Assembly: GCA_051382295.1 (NCBI GenBank)
Contig: JBBCAW010000135.1
Location: 1 to 20,182, forward strand
DNA from: Bdellovibrionota bacterium FG-1
GTDB taxonomy: Bacteria; Bdellovibrionota; UBA1018
Length of the DNA: 20,182 nucleotides
Direction: 5' to 3'
Within the stretch, counting starts at the first letter, position 1; every line of letters starts with the position of its first letter. Shown one piece after another: positions 1 through 9,592 of this stretch. The notes under the pieces were generated by a model that saw only the letters and a program-made list of their open reading frames with translations, was not told where the DNA came from and searched no databases. Position numbers and translations under genes: made by a program.

Positions 1-126
1 GCAACGAAATCAGAACTGGAGAATCTGAACATTTTCAAGGACGCCTCTCTGCCGGATTGGAATTACACAATCAGGCCTCAGTAAAAATATCGCTAAGTGC
101 ATGTGATTTTATTTTTACGCGGCCCC
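1..126 (+). mobile_element. 3' end of an ISAzo13-family insertion sequence (transposase C-terminus 1-84 plus putative right terminal inverted repeat)
   Basis: Frame 1 reads ATKSELENLNIFKDASLPDWNYTIRPQ* (stop 82-84), resembling the 'L-N-I...WNYTIxP' C-terminus I recall for ISAzo13 transposases. It is followed by TTATTTTTACGCGGCCCC (109-126) and TTA (127-129), a plausible IR end and 3-bp target duplication. The left end is outside the window. Confidence 0.7.
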
Positions 127-921
127 TTACCGTTTGTCATCGAACGCAGGTTTCGATGGCTGTCGCTCGTGGCTAATGCAGGTTATCAGCGTTCAACAGA
201 TGCCATTTATCGCGAACTGGATTATCGCCAAAAGATTCCGCTCTCGCTCGGCGCCAATATTCCTTTGGCTCCGCGCTGGAGTGTTAATGGTGAAATTTTC
301 GGTGCACGCACGCTTCCCTTCAACTCAGCCCAAAACCCCAGCGAATTTTATGTAGGAGCACGTTTCCAGGCCAGCGATGCAGTCGTTTTGCATGGAGGCG
401 CAAGTATTGGGGCTTTTAGCGATGTTCCCAGTGCAGGCTATCGACTCTTACTCGGGCTAAAGATCGAGCCCCTGTCCCCCGCTCATGAGCCTGTAAAGCC
501 AACGAAACAGAACGATGTGCTTGCCTTCAGTCAAGCCCAAAGAACGATCATTCCTCCTTCAGAAATCGACTTAAAACGAGATATCCTATTTGCGCACGAC
601 AGCTCAGCCCTCAGTCCAGCCTACAAAGAAATCCTCGATAAACTTGCAAATCAAATCATCACGGACAAGGACCCGACCCAAATCATAGAAGTTGAGGGAC
701 ATACGAATGAAATCGGGTCCGATAGTTATAATCTAGGCTTGTCTCGGCGACGCGCAAACGCAGTGCAAAAATATCTCATGTCTCGAGCTGTTTCTGCGGA
801 CCAGCTTCGGGTGGTCGGTTATGGCAAAAGACGCCCAAAGGCAGGATCAGAGAAGCTCGAGCGCAGCGTACGACTCACAATAAATCGACGAGTCGAATTC
901 AAGACTCATTCAAAAAACTGA
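127..921 (+). pseudogene. 5'-truncated OmpA-family outer membrane protein (partial beta-barrel, Pro-rich linker, OmpA-like peptidoglycan-binding domain)
   Basis: OmpA_C motifs are present: ILFAHDS, IEVEGHTN, YNLGLSRRRANAV, GYGK, NRRVEF. Alternating beta-strand segments precede them. There is no signal peptide, and the ORF-track GTG start (97) lies inside the putative IS end. Confidence 0.75.
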
Positions 922-1048
922 TATTTCTAGGCACTTACCTTTCCCAACTTTTTTACACTGTCAGATGAGGTTGCAGGCGCTCCACTTATTATAGCCGCTC
1001 GCGAGCCTTTTTCCTGATTTACACGTATCCCATTTAAAGAAGACTCAT

Positions 1049-1738
1049 TTGAAAACCAATACGCCTGCTCGTTTTTCCAATGCCTGGGTTCCACTCGCGG
1101 CAATCGCCTCCATGATGGCCCTACAAGCCTGCGGAAAGCCGCCCGGACCGGACCCCACCGCCATAACGACGGCTGCGACCTCAAGCACCCTTGATTTCGC
1201 CACCGTCTCGGCCCAAGTGCTGCAGCCCAAATGTCTTGCGTGTCACTCGAATGCTAACGCCTCCGGCGGAATTAACTTCTCGACTTATGCCTCGACGCTA
1301 TCGTCGCGCACCGTCTTGCTCGCCAACACCTACAAGGTTGGCGCCAGCTACTTCTACGGGCACAACGACCTTGCCAACCGTCACGTCTTTGGCCCGTGGG
1401 GGATCTTAGGCATTACTTCACGAATCTTCCTCCTCACGGAGTTTGATTTTCAGCGAAATTATGCTTTCGATTTTACCGAGCCTCAATGGGGTTTTGCCAA
1501 CTACAACCGCCTGGACTTCGAACCCCTTCAGGGGCTCCATACGTTCGGGACGGCAGAATTCTCGAAGCTCAACTTCTCGGATCCTGGTTCGCGTTTGGAG
1601 CGCTACGGGCTCGGGATTCAGTTTTTTCCACGACCTCATTTTGAGTTCGAAGTCATGGGCCTTGAACAACGGTTCGTGGCCACTTCCTCGGACCATTTTC
1701 AGCAGACGCTGTGGTTGATGCTGCACTATTATCTTTAG
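1049..1738 (+). CDS. Lipoprotein with single CxxCH heme motif fused to C-terminal outer-membrane beta-barrel strands (possible in-frame deletion chimera)
   Basis: Lipobox LQAC (Cys28), CLACH (aa 62-66) followed by GGINFSTY, then about 8 amphipathic strands ending in WLMLHYYL. TTG start with a weak SD. Confidence 0.65.
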   Translation: MKTNTPARFSNAWVPLAAIASMMALQACGKPPGPDPTAITTAATSSTLDFATVSAQVLQPKCLACHSNANASGGINFSTYASTLSSRTVLLANTYKVGASYFYGHNDLANRHVFGPWGILGITSRIFLLTEFDFQRNYAFDFTEPQWGFANYNRLDFEPLQGLHTFGTAEFSKLNFSDPGSRLERYGLGIQFFPRPHFEFEVMGLEQRFVATSSDHFQQTLWLMLHYYL

Positions 1739-1767
1739 GGGCTACTGAGAACGTGTCCCCTGTCTTT

Positions 1768-3138
1768 TTAACGGAAAAGCTGAAACACCAGTTCAAGCGC
1801 CTGACTCGCGTTGAGGCGCGGATCACAAAGTGTTTCATAAAACCCAGAAGCGAGATGGTCCTCAGTAATGGCCTGATCCCCGCCCACGCATTCGACCACA
1901 TCTCTCCCGGTGAGTTCGAAGTGCACGCCTCCCGCATAGGTCCCTTCGCTCTGGTGCACCTCAAAACATTTGCGCACCTCCCCGATAATATGACCAAAAG
2001 CCCGGGTTTTATAACCACTTTGAGTCGAAACCGTATTGCCATGCATCGGGTCGCAGCACCAAACAACCTTTCGTCCCTCGGACTGGACTCGGCGAATCAG
2101 CGAAGGGAGTTTGGCTTCGATTTTATCAAAACCCATGCGCGTAATCAAAGTGAGACGGCCCGGTTCGTTGTTCGGATTCAGCAAATCCAATAAGCGGATC
2201 AATTCATCGGGGCTCATTTCCGGCCCGCATTTCAACCCGATCGGATTATGAATCCCCCGCAAAAATTCCACATGAGCGCCATCCAGTTGGCGGGTTCGTT
2301 CACCCACCCAAACCATGTGGGCAGAGCAATCGTACCAATCTCCCGCATAGCCTTCCTCAAAACGCGCCGTAGTGCTGTCTTGACGAGTCAAAGCTTGTTC
2401 ATAATACAAGAGCAAGGCCTCATGAGAAGTGTAAAAATCCACTTCTCGAATCTGCTGGCTACTTTCACTCGTAATACCGATGGCCTCCATAAAACAGAGG
2501 GTGTCGTCAAGCCGCTTGGCAATGTTCTCGTAAAGGGCATTTTGCTGACTTTTTTGGACAAATCTCAAATTCCACGCGTGGACTTGGTGAAGATCGGCGT
2601 AACCCCCACTGGCAAACGCGCGTAAAAGATTGAGAGTCGCCGCCGACTGAACATAGGCGCGCTCCATCCGCTGTGGACTCGGAATCCTCGAGGCTTCATT
2701 AAAATCAAATCCATTGATAATATCCCCGCGATAGGACGGCAGCGTCACCCCGTCACGAGTTTCAGAATCGCTGGAACGCGGCTTGGCGAACTGCCCCGCC
2801 ACCCTCCCCACTTTTACGATCGGAAGTTTCGCGCCAAAGGTCAGCACAATCGCCATCTGAAGAAGAATCCTGAAATGATCTCGAATCGAGTTGGCGCTAA
2901 ACTCGTTGAAATTTTCGGCACAATCCCCACCTTGCAGCAAAAAAGCCTTTCCTTCCGCAACCTGGGCAAGTTTTGCTCGGAGGGCCCGCGCCTCACCCGC
3001 AAAAACCAAAGGCGGATACCCAGCTAATTTCGCCTCGACTTCAGCCAATTGAATAGGATCGGGGTACGCGGGCATCTGATGCAGCACTTTTCGTCGCCAG
3101 GAGTCAGGGCTCCACGAGCCTGCTAAGACTTTCTTCAT
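1768..3138 (-). CDS. Class II DAHP synthase (3-deoxy-7-phosphoheptulonate synthase)
   Basis: Motifs [61 protein letters not shown] and CDPRLN. ATGA overlap with the upstream chorismate mutase. Confidence 0.97.
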   Translation of the reverse strand: MKKVLAGSWSPDSWRRKVLHQMPAYPDPIQLAEVEAKLAGYPPLVFAGEARALRAKLAQVAEGKAFLLQGGDCAENFNEFSANSIRDHFRILLQMAIVLTFGAKLPIVKVGRVAGQFAKPRSSDSETRDGVTLPSYRGDIINGFDFNEASRIPSPQRMERAYVQSAATLNLLRAFASGGYADLHQVHAWNLRFVQKSQQNALYENIAKRLDDTLCFMEAIGITSESSQQIREVDFYTSHEALLLYYEQALTRQDSTTARFEEGYAGDWYDCSAHMVWVGERTRQLDGAHVEFLRGIHNPIGLKCGPEMSPDELIRLLDLLNPNNEPGRLTLITRMGFDKIEAKLPSLIRRVQSEGRKVVWCCDPMHGNTVSTQSGYKTRAFGHIIGEVRKCFEVHQSEGTYAGGVHFELTGRDVVECVGGDQAITEDHLASGFYETLCDPRLNASQALELVFQLFR

Positions 3139-3428
3139 AGAGTCCTTTTCCTTTTCGAACCTGTCTGAAGCTCAATAGATTCTTCGTGAATCAACGTTAG
3201 AAGAGCCTGGACGAATTTTTTCCGCAAACCCATTTTCGTGGAAAACCCAAGCCGATCTCTGAGTACTTGCGTCCAACGGTCTTTCTGATGGACAGGTAAA
3301 TCGTGGAGGGTCTTTAAACGACCGATTTCCTTGACTGTTGCAAAACGCTCACCCAATGTCTTCAAGAGCAGACGATCACAACGATCAATGCGCGCACGAA
3401 GTTTCTGAAGCCTTTGTTCGGGTTTCAT
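3135..3428 (-). CDS. Chorismate mutase (type II/AroQ-class, stand-alone, 97 aa)
   Basis: [20 protein letters not shown]...IGRLK...V..K.RW...IHEESIELQ matches the CM_2 pattern. ATG at 3428 overlaps the tyrA stop (ATGA), so the ORF-track start at 3626 is over-extended. Confidence 0.92.
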   Translation of the reverse strand: MKPEQRLQKLRARIDRCDRLLLKTLGERFATVKEIGRLKTLHDLPVHQKDRWTQVLRDRLGFSTKMGLRKKFVQALLTLIHEESIELQTGSKRKRTL

Positions 3429-4306
3429 TGCTGAGTTTTTCCCTTCCCGGAACGGGTCCCCAAATTTGTCAGCACTTTTCGGATTTGATTGGCGGCCCTC
3501 ATCAAAAGCTGCGTTTCCTCCGGACGTTTTTGAACCAAGGTTCGGTGAAAGACTTGCAAATGTTCGATGTAAGATTCCAACGCGACAATAACATTTTCTC
3601 GATTTTGCCCAAAAATCGGGCCCCACATCTCCGGCGAGCTCTTGGCAAGTCGCACGGTTGATTCCAAGCCGCCGCCGGCCAGATCGAAGATCGTGCTCGT
3701 ATCTCGCTCTTTAGCTAAAACGGTATTCGCCAGGACAAACGAAATCAGGTGCGACAGATGTGAAACGTAGGCAGCATGGAGATCATGTTCGGCTGCACTC
3801 ATACGAATGAGGCGCATTCCCAAAGTTCGATACATTTTTTCCACTCGGACCAGATGGTCCACCCCGCTCATTTTTGCATCACAGATCACAGCCGTACGAT
3901 GATCAAATAGCCCCTTCACCGCCGAGGTCGGCCCCGAATTTTCAGTTCCAGACATCGGATGGGAGGCCACAAATTGAGGTCTTTTGGGATGAACGGCCAT
4001 CTCTCTACAAATCAACTCTTTGGTGGACCCCATATCCGTGACCGTTGCAGCCGGGGGTAAAATATCTAGAACCTGGCCTAAAACCTGAACCGCCACATCC
4101 ACCGGAATAGCCAAAATAACAAGATCGGCATCACAAACCGCCTCGTCGAGAGGAGCGACTTGATCCACCAACCCCAGCTCAAGCGCCTTTTGCCGGTGAG
4201 CGGTATTGAAATCCACGCCTACCACACGGCTCGCGAACCCCCGGGAGCGAAGATCCAGAGCCAGGGAACCACCGATCAAGCCGAGGCCAATGACTGTGGT
4301 TTTCAC
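3425..4306 (-). CDS. tyrA: Prephenate dehydrogenase (TyrA family)
   Basis: Rossmann motif GLGLIGGS, plus [25 protein letters not shown] and [13 protein letters not shown] at 4306 overlaps the aroC stop (GTGA). Confidence 0.95.
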   Translation of the reverse strand: MKTTVIGLGLIGGSLALDLRSRGFASRVVGVDFNTAHRQKALELGLVDQVAPLDEAVCDADLVILAIPVDVAVQVLGQVLDILPPAATVTDMGSTKELICREMAVHPKRPQFVASHPMSGTENSGPTSAVKGLFDHRTAVICDAKMSGVDHLVRVEKMYRTLGMRLIRMSAAEHDLHAAYVSHLSHLISFVLANTVLAKERDTSTIFDLAGGGLESTVRLAKSSPEMWGPIFGQNRENVIVALESYIEHLQVFHRTLVQKRPEETQLLMRAANQIRKVLTNLGTRSGKGKTQQ

Positions 4307-5355
4307 CCTTTGAGGTCTCCGATCCTTGCCGTGCGATTTCGGAGCAGATGATCGGTTAATACGATGGCCGCCATGGCTTCTACGATCGGGACCGCCCGCG
4401 GAACGACGCAAGGATCATGTCGCCCTCCGTGAGTTTTCAAGAGCGTGGCCACGGGTTTAAACGCGACTCGAAAGTCGATGTTCATCCCGTTGCTAATGCC
4501 GCCCTGAATTCCACCCGAGTGATTCGTCAGGGTTTGAACACGCCCCTTCTTTTGAATAAATGCATCATTGTGCTCTGATCCACGCATCGTGACACCCGAG
4601 AAGCCGGAACCATATTCAAAGCCTTTGACCGCATTGATGCTCAGCATGGCTTTGCCAAGGTCCGCATGAAGGCGATCGAAGACCGGTTCTCCCAAGCCGA
4701 CGGGACATCCCCGAATCACGCAACTCACCACGCCCCCGATCGTGTCGCCGTCGCTTCTGACGGACTCGATCAAGGCGATCATTTTTTTTGCGATGACAGA
4801 ATCCGGACAACGAACGATGTTTTGCTCGGTTTTGGCAAAATCTAGTTTTCGCGCGTCTTTTTTTAAAGCGATAGTGCCCACCTGGGAAACGTAAGCGCGG
4901 ATTTCAACCCCCTGCATACGAAGAATTAGTTTTGCGACCGCCCCCGCCACCACGCGTGCGGCGGTTTCACGCGCGGAAGCTCTCCCGCCGCCTCGATGAT
5001 CGCGATGGCCATACTTTTGATCGTAAGTAAAATCGGCGTGGGAGGGACGAAAACGAGTCGCGATCAAGTCATAATCTTTGGGGCGCTGGTCCCCGTTGAC
5101 GATCAACGCGGCGAGGGGCGTCCCCGTGGTCTTTCCGTTAAACACCCCGGAAATAAACCTCACCTGGTCGGCTTCCATTCGCTGAGTCGTGATCTTCGAT
5201 TGCCCCGGTTTGCGGCGATCCAATTCAGCTTGGATAAAGCTCAGATCAAGCTCCAACCCCGCCGGGCAACCATCAATCACCACCCCAATCGCCTCGCCAT
5301 GGGATTCGCCAAAGGTGGTCACCCGAAATAATTGACCGATCGTATTTCCCGCCAT
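4303..5355 (-). CDS. aroC: Chorismate synthase
   Basis: Motifs [38 protein letters not shown] and GRHDPCV. SD GGGGAGG upstream. Confidence 0.98.
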   Translation of the reverse strand: MAGNTIGQLFRVTTFGESHGEAIGVVIDGCPAGLELDLSFIQAELDRRKPGQSKITTQRMEADQVRFISGVFNGKTTGTPLAALIVNGDQRPKDYDLIATRFRPSHADFTYDQKYGHRDHRGGGRASARETAARVVAGAVAKLILRMQGVEIRAYVSQVGTIALKKDARKLDFAKTEQNIVRCPDSVIAKKMIALIESVRSDGDTIGGVVSCVIRGCPVGLGEPVFDRLHADLGKAMLSINAVKGFEYGSGFSGVTMRGSEHNDAFIQKKGRVQTLTNHSGGIQGGISNGMNIDFRVAFKPVATLLKTHGGRHDPCVVPRAVPIVEAMAAIVLTDHLLRNRTARIGDLKG

Positions 5356-5357
5356 GG

Positions 5358-5804
5358 TTAACGACCTCCCCCGGCCAAGGCCTCAATCGCCCGACTATAA
5401 GATTGCCAACCGAAACCCGAAATCTGTTTCAAGCAAACGGGAGAAATGACTGAAATTCGCCGAAACTTCTCTCTCTTCCGAATATCACTGAGGTGTACCT
5501 CAATGGTCGGGACTTCAATCGCCGCCACGGCGTCGCGCAAAGCATACGAGTAATGCGTATAAGCGCCGGGATTAAAAACCACGCCGTCCGCCCATTTTCT
5601 ATTTTTATGAAGAAGATCGATCAACGAACCTTCACTATTGGACTGATGAATTCGGAGCACGCAACCGTGACGTCGCGCAAAGCTCCGAATTTTTCGATTG
5701 AGCTCCATAAGCGTCATGGAACCGTAAACCGCAGGCTCCCGCTCGCCCAGCAAATTCAGATTCGGACCATGAAGGACAAGAAGTTGAAGCGGTTTTACCT
5801 TCAT
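5358..5804 (-). CDS. aroQ: Type II 3-dehydroquinate dehydratase
   Basis: Motifs [39 protein letters not shown] and [16 protein letters not shown] at 5804 has SD AAGGAG and overlaps the aroB stop. Confidence 0.97.
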   Translation of the reverse strand: MKVKPLQLLVLHGPNLNLLGEREPAVYGSMTLMELNRKIRSFARRHGCVLRIHQSNSEGSLIDLLHKNRKWADGVVFNPGAYTHYSYALRDAVAAIEVPTIEVHLSDIRKREKFRRISVISPVCLKQISGFGWQSYSRAIEALAGGGR

Positions 5805-6865
5805 GTTGACTCCTTCAACAGCTTGAAAGCTGTCTTCAGGTCTTCTTCCTGAACTCGACCGTCTGAAAAAGTCCGCCCCAGCTCCTTCAAAAGCACGAAA
5901 TGGATCTTTCCATCCCGGATTTTTTTGTCCTTTTTCATACACGCAATCAATTGGGAAATTTTCAAGCGCCGCGGAATGGTGGGAATTGGGATACTCGCAA
6001 GGACGGTGTCCACCCGGTCCCGAGTTTTGGCAGCGAGCCTTCGACGCACTTTTGACAACGCAAGCGCAAACCGCATTCCCCAAAGCACCGCCTCGCCATG
6101 CTGAAAGACCTTGTAGTCCGTCAAAGACTCTAACGCGTGACCAAAAGTATGCCCCAGATTCAGGGCTTCGCGGATTCCTTTCCGGTCAAACTCATCACGG
6201 GCGACCATCTTGCATTTCCAAAAAAGAGAGCGCTCGATGGAATAAGCGATGACTTGGGGGTCCATCGCCATAAACTTCTCCCGGTTCTTTTCGAGGTACG
6301 AGAAGAACTTCGGATCGAATGCGATGCCGTACTTGACGACTTCTCCAAACCCCGAGATGATTTCCCGCGAACCGAGCGTGCGCAAAAAATCGGTGTCACA
6401 AATCACCAGCTGCGGCGGATGAAAACTTCCGATCAGATTCTTGCCCGCAGAATGATTAATTCCGGTTTTTCCCCCCACCGAACTATCCACTTGTGCGAGA
6501 AGCGTAGTGGGCACGCCTACCCACGGTATCCCGCGAAGATAAGTCGAAGCGACGAAACCCGCGGCATCCCCTACTGTCCCGCCGCCGAGCGCAAAAATCA
6601 CCGAATCGCGATTGGCCTTGCCATCGAGTAACTTGCCGTACAAAGGATAGATGGCCTGAATGTCCTTGAGCGACTCCCCGGCCTCCACCGGAATTTCAAA
6701 AACCTCCCAAGACGCCGCGGCTAGTGCCGACTTGAGCGCGGCACGCGGTTCGATCAACCGAACATCGGAGATGAGAAAAGCACGACGGGATGGAGCCCGT
6801 GCAAGGCATTTGCCTATGCCTCGAATCGCCCCCGCCCCGATTTGGATGTGATAGGGGAGTTTCAT
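5801..6865 (-). CDS. aroB: 3-dehydroquinate synthase
   Basis: Motifs ALGGGTVGDAAGF, PTTLLAQVDSSVGGKTGIN, GEVVKY, LNLGHTFGHALE, HGEAV and DKK. ATG at 6865 overlaps the upstream stop (ATGA). Confidence 0.97.
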   Translation of the reverse strand: MKLPYHIQIGAGAIRGIGKCLARAPSRRAFLISDVRLIEPRAALKSALAAASWEVFEIPVEAGESLKDIQAIYPLYGKLLDGKANRDSVIFALGGGTVGDAAGFVASTYLRGIPWVGVPTTLLAQVDSSVGGKTGINHSAGKNLIGSFHPPQLVICDTDFLRTLGSREIISGFGEVVKYGIAFDPKFFSYLEKNREKFMAMDPQVIAYSIERSLFWKCKMVARDEFDRKGIREALNLGHTFGHALESLTDYKVFQHGEAVLWGMRFALALSKVRRRLAAKTRDRVDTVLASIPIPTIPRRLKISQLIACMKKDKKIRDGKIHFVLLKELGRTFSDGRVQEEDLKTAFKLLKEST

Positions 6866-8277
6866 GGTTTCTCCCATAAGAGCTGCTCCATAATCATCTC
6901 CACGACTTCTTCGTGAGCTTTGCGATCGGTTTCCACCTGAATCCGAGCCCGATTGTAAATGGGAGTCCGTGCTTCAAGAAGGGCTTGGATCTTCTTGGCC
7001 TGTCCTTCCGCATCCAAACCGGCGAAAAGCGGACGATTGGCCGCTCGGGGCCGCACCCTTTCATGAAGGGTCTCAACAGTAGCACTCAGATAGATCAAGA
7101 GGCCCGACTTCTCAATAATGTCCAAAGCTTCAGGATTCATCAAAGCGCCGCCCCCCAAAGCGATGACGGTCTTTAAACGACCGCCAACCTGAAAAATTAT
7201 TTTGCGTTCAAGCTCTCGAAAAAACCCTTCTCCGTATGTTTGGAAAATTTTTGGAATCGAAAGACCTGCTTCCGACTCAATGAGGTGATCCGTATCCACG
7301 AACTCCCACCCTAATTTTCGTGCCAAAATGGCGCCAATGGATGACTTTCCGGAGCCCATGAAACCCGTCAAAAAGATCGGCTGTCCCTGGGGGATTCCCC
7401 AACCACTGAGCAGTCCTCGTAAATGAAGCAAAAGCGGTGCCTTGATTTCCGCAAGGCCGTCGCGGCTTCCAAACCAGATTTTCCACGTCGCGAGCGCCTG
7501 CTCCACGAGCATATTCAGGCCGCCGACCGTGGCTAAACCTAATTCTTCGGCAAGAGTCAGAAAGGGAGTTTTCTCAGGGTTATAGATTAAATCAAAAGCA
7601 AGTGCCTTAGCCCGGAAGGGAAGCCGTCGCAGCACTTCGAAGAAGGGTTCAGCAGACTGGGGAGCGGGCGTTTTCATTCCCACCGAAGTGGCGTTCACCA
7701 CGAGCGCAAGAGGCTCCACCGATGAAAGGCGATCTTCTGGGACCACCCCAAAAAGAGTCTTGGGGAAAATCTCGCCCATATTTTTGGCCAAAATCTCGGC
7801 GTTTTCTGAGTTTCGGTTGAAAATATAAACCGTCTTGGCTCCCAGTTTTCCCATCGCATAGGCCACCGCCCTCGCGGCACCCCCCGCTCCAAAAATCCAA
7901 ACGGCCGATTCCGCCACTGGACATCCCCGAAAGGAAGGATCCGCCAGGGTTCGCAATACGCCCGGCAAATCCGTATTATATCCGAACAATCGATTTTCAT
8001 CCGCATGGACAACATTGACCGCGCCGATGGCTTTCGCTTCGGAGGTCACCGCATCCAATTCTGTTAGAATGGCCTGCTTATAGGGGATCGTCACGTTCAG
8101 ACCAATAAAGCCCGACGTTCTCCGGTACTCCGCCAAAACACTCTGCAACTGAAAGGGCGAAACCTCCCGGGCCTTGTATCGAAAATCACGCACCCCCAAG
8201 CGTTGGGCCAAGAACGAGAAAATCGCTGGCGATAGTGAATGAGAAAGAGGAAATCCAATCACCGCAGCTTCTTTCAT
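6862..8277 (-). CDS. aroE: Bifunctional shikimate dehydrogenase (AroE) / shikimate kinase (AroK) fusion
   Basis: N-terminal AroE motifs: HSLSP, GLNVTIPYK, GAVN, GYNTD, GAGGAARA, NATSVG, DLIYNP, MLVEQA. C-terminal AroK motifs: LTGFMGSGKSS (Walker A), DTD, GE..FRELE, LGGG, RPL, R..IY. ATG at 8277 has SD GGAGG and an ATGA overlap with aroA. Confidence 0.95.
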   Translation of the reverse strand: MKEAAVIGFPLSHSLSPAIFSFLAQRLGVRDFRYKAREVSPFQLQSVLAEYRRTSGFIGLNVTIPYKQAILTELDAVTSEAKAIGAVNVVHADENRLFGYNTDLPGVLRTLADPSFRGCPVAESAVWIFGAGGAARAVAYAMGKLGAKTVYIFNRNSENAEILAKNMGEIFPKTLFGVVPEDRLSSVEPLALVVNATSVGMKTPAPQSAEPFFEVLRRLPFRAKALAFDLIYNPEKTPFLTLAEELGLATVGGLNMLVEQALATWKIWFGSRDGLAEIKAPLLLHLRGLLSGWGIPQGQPIFLTGFMGSGKSSIGAILARKLGWEFVDTDHLIESEAGLSIPKIFQTYGEGFFRELERKIIFQVGGRLKTVIALGGGALMNPEALDIIEKSGLLIYLSATVETLHERVRPRAANRPLFAGLDAEGQAKKIQALLEARTPIYNRARIQVETDRKAHEEVVEMIMEQLLWEKP

Positions 8278-9554
8278 GGGCGTGTTAATTCCTCCAATGT
8301 TGTAAAAAACTGCGGATAGGAAATTCCAACACAATCGGCATCCTGAATTTGAGTTTCCCCCTCTGCCATCAAACCGGCGATACTGAAGGCCATCGCAATC
8401 CGGTGATCGTGAAAACTATCAAGCGAGGCGCTTTTGAGCCGTTGCGGTCCTTCGATCTTAAAACCATCTTCACGGACTTCGATCTCGATTCCCATGGCCC
8501 GTAAATTGACGGCCACCGCTTCGATTCGGTCGGTTTCCTTTACGCGAAGTTCTTTAGCCCCCCCGACCTCCGTCACGCCACACGCTTGACTGGCCACCAC
8601 CGCGAGAAGCGGCAGCTCATCAATGAGAGAAGGAACTTCGGCCTCCGTGATGCGAATCCCATGAAGAGTGCCTGGCGTGACTCGAACTTGGCCGATGGGC
8701 TCAGGAAGTTCCGAGGTGATCCGAGTGGTGATATTTGCGCCCATTTTCTGCATGGCTCGAATGAAACCGATTCGAGTCGGATTCAAAGAAATATTTTCAA
8801 GCTCCAGCTGCGCGCCTGGAATTAAGCCGGCCGAAGCAATCCAGAAAGCCGCAGTCGAGGGATCACCGGGCACCGTGACAGACGTCGCCCGAAGCTTCAT
8901 GCCCCCCTGTATCCGAATCGAAGTCGCACTCACATCGACGGGAACTCCAAAATGCCGAAGCAGGCGCTCAGTGTGATCACGACTATGAATCTCACCTGAA
9001 ATCGTCGTCACCCCCTCCGCGCAAAGAGCGGCCAACATCACCGAAGTTTTGATCTGGGCGCTAGCGATCTTGAGATCATAATCAATCCCGCGGAGCCGTG
9101 CCCCAGTGACCGTCAAAGGAGCATAATTTTCTTGGGTGAGACTGAATTGTGCACCCATGAGTTGTAACGGTGCAGCGACCCGTTTCATGGGTCGCCCCCG
9201 AAGTGACGCATCTCCTGTCAAAGTCGCCGTGATTCCCCGTCCCGCCAAAACGCCCATCAGCAAACGAATCGTAGTGCCTGAATTTCCACAGTCCAAAACC
9301 TTGGAGGGTTGCGTAAATCCCCGCGCACCCACTCCATCGACGTAAATTATATTTTTTTCCCTCGTGATCTTCACCCCTAAATCCGCCAAACATTTGGCAG
9401 TAGAATGAACATCACCACTTTCGAGTAGATCGATGACCTCGGTTCGCCCCTCCGCAAGAGCCCCAAAAATCAACGCCCGATGAGAAATCGATTTATCCCC
9501 GGGAATTTTAGGCTTTCCCTCGAAGCGTGCGGCTTTTCTAATAGTCTTCTGCAT
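8274..9554 (-). CDS. aroA: 3-phosphoshikimate 1-carboxyvinyltransferase (EPSP synthase, class II-like)
   Basis: Motifs PGDKSISHRA, DCGNSGTT, GDASLRGRPM, ASAQIK, RDHTE, ELRVKETDR and DHRIAM. The start is probably the ATG at 9554. Confidence 0.97.
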   Translation of the reverse strand: MQKTIRKAARFEGKPKIPGDKSISHRALIFGALAEGRTEVIDLLESGDVHSTAKCLADLGVKITREKNIIYVDGVGARGFTQPSKVLDCGNSGTTIRLLMGVLAGRGITATLTGDASLRGRPMKRVAAPLQLMGAQFSLTQENYAPLTVTGARLRGIDYDLKIASAQIKTSVMLAALCAEGVTTISGEIHSRDHTERLLRHFGVPVDVSATSIRIQGGMKLRATSVTVPGDPSTAAFWIASAGLIPGAQLELENISLNPTRIGFIRAMQKMGANITTRITSELPEPIGQVRVTPGTLHGIRITEAEVPSLIDELPLLAVVASQACGVTEVGGAKELRVKETDRIEAVAVNLRAMGIEIEVREDGFKIEGPQRLKSASLDSFHDHRIAMAFSIAGLMAEGETQIQDADCVGISYPQFFTTLEELTRP

Positions 9555-9592
9555 CACCCTTGAGTGTACCAAAGCCTATTCGTTAGGAACAG

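Noticed and set aside
927..1184. 85-aa minus-strand ORF
   Set aside because: It is about half antisense to the lipoprotein gene. The last ~40 codons could be a gene remnant, but I recognise no motif.
3429..8334. N-terminal extensions in the ORF track for CM (3626), tyrA (4411), aroQ (6083) and aroE-aroK (8334)
   Set aside because: The extensions overlap the upstream genes. The (A/G)TGA-coupled starts match where family homology begins.
9555..9592. Possible attenuator or leader peptide for the aro genes
   Set aside because: The gap is only 38 bp, with no Phe/Tyr/Trp-rich peptide or hairpin.
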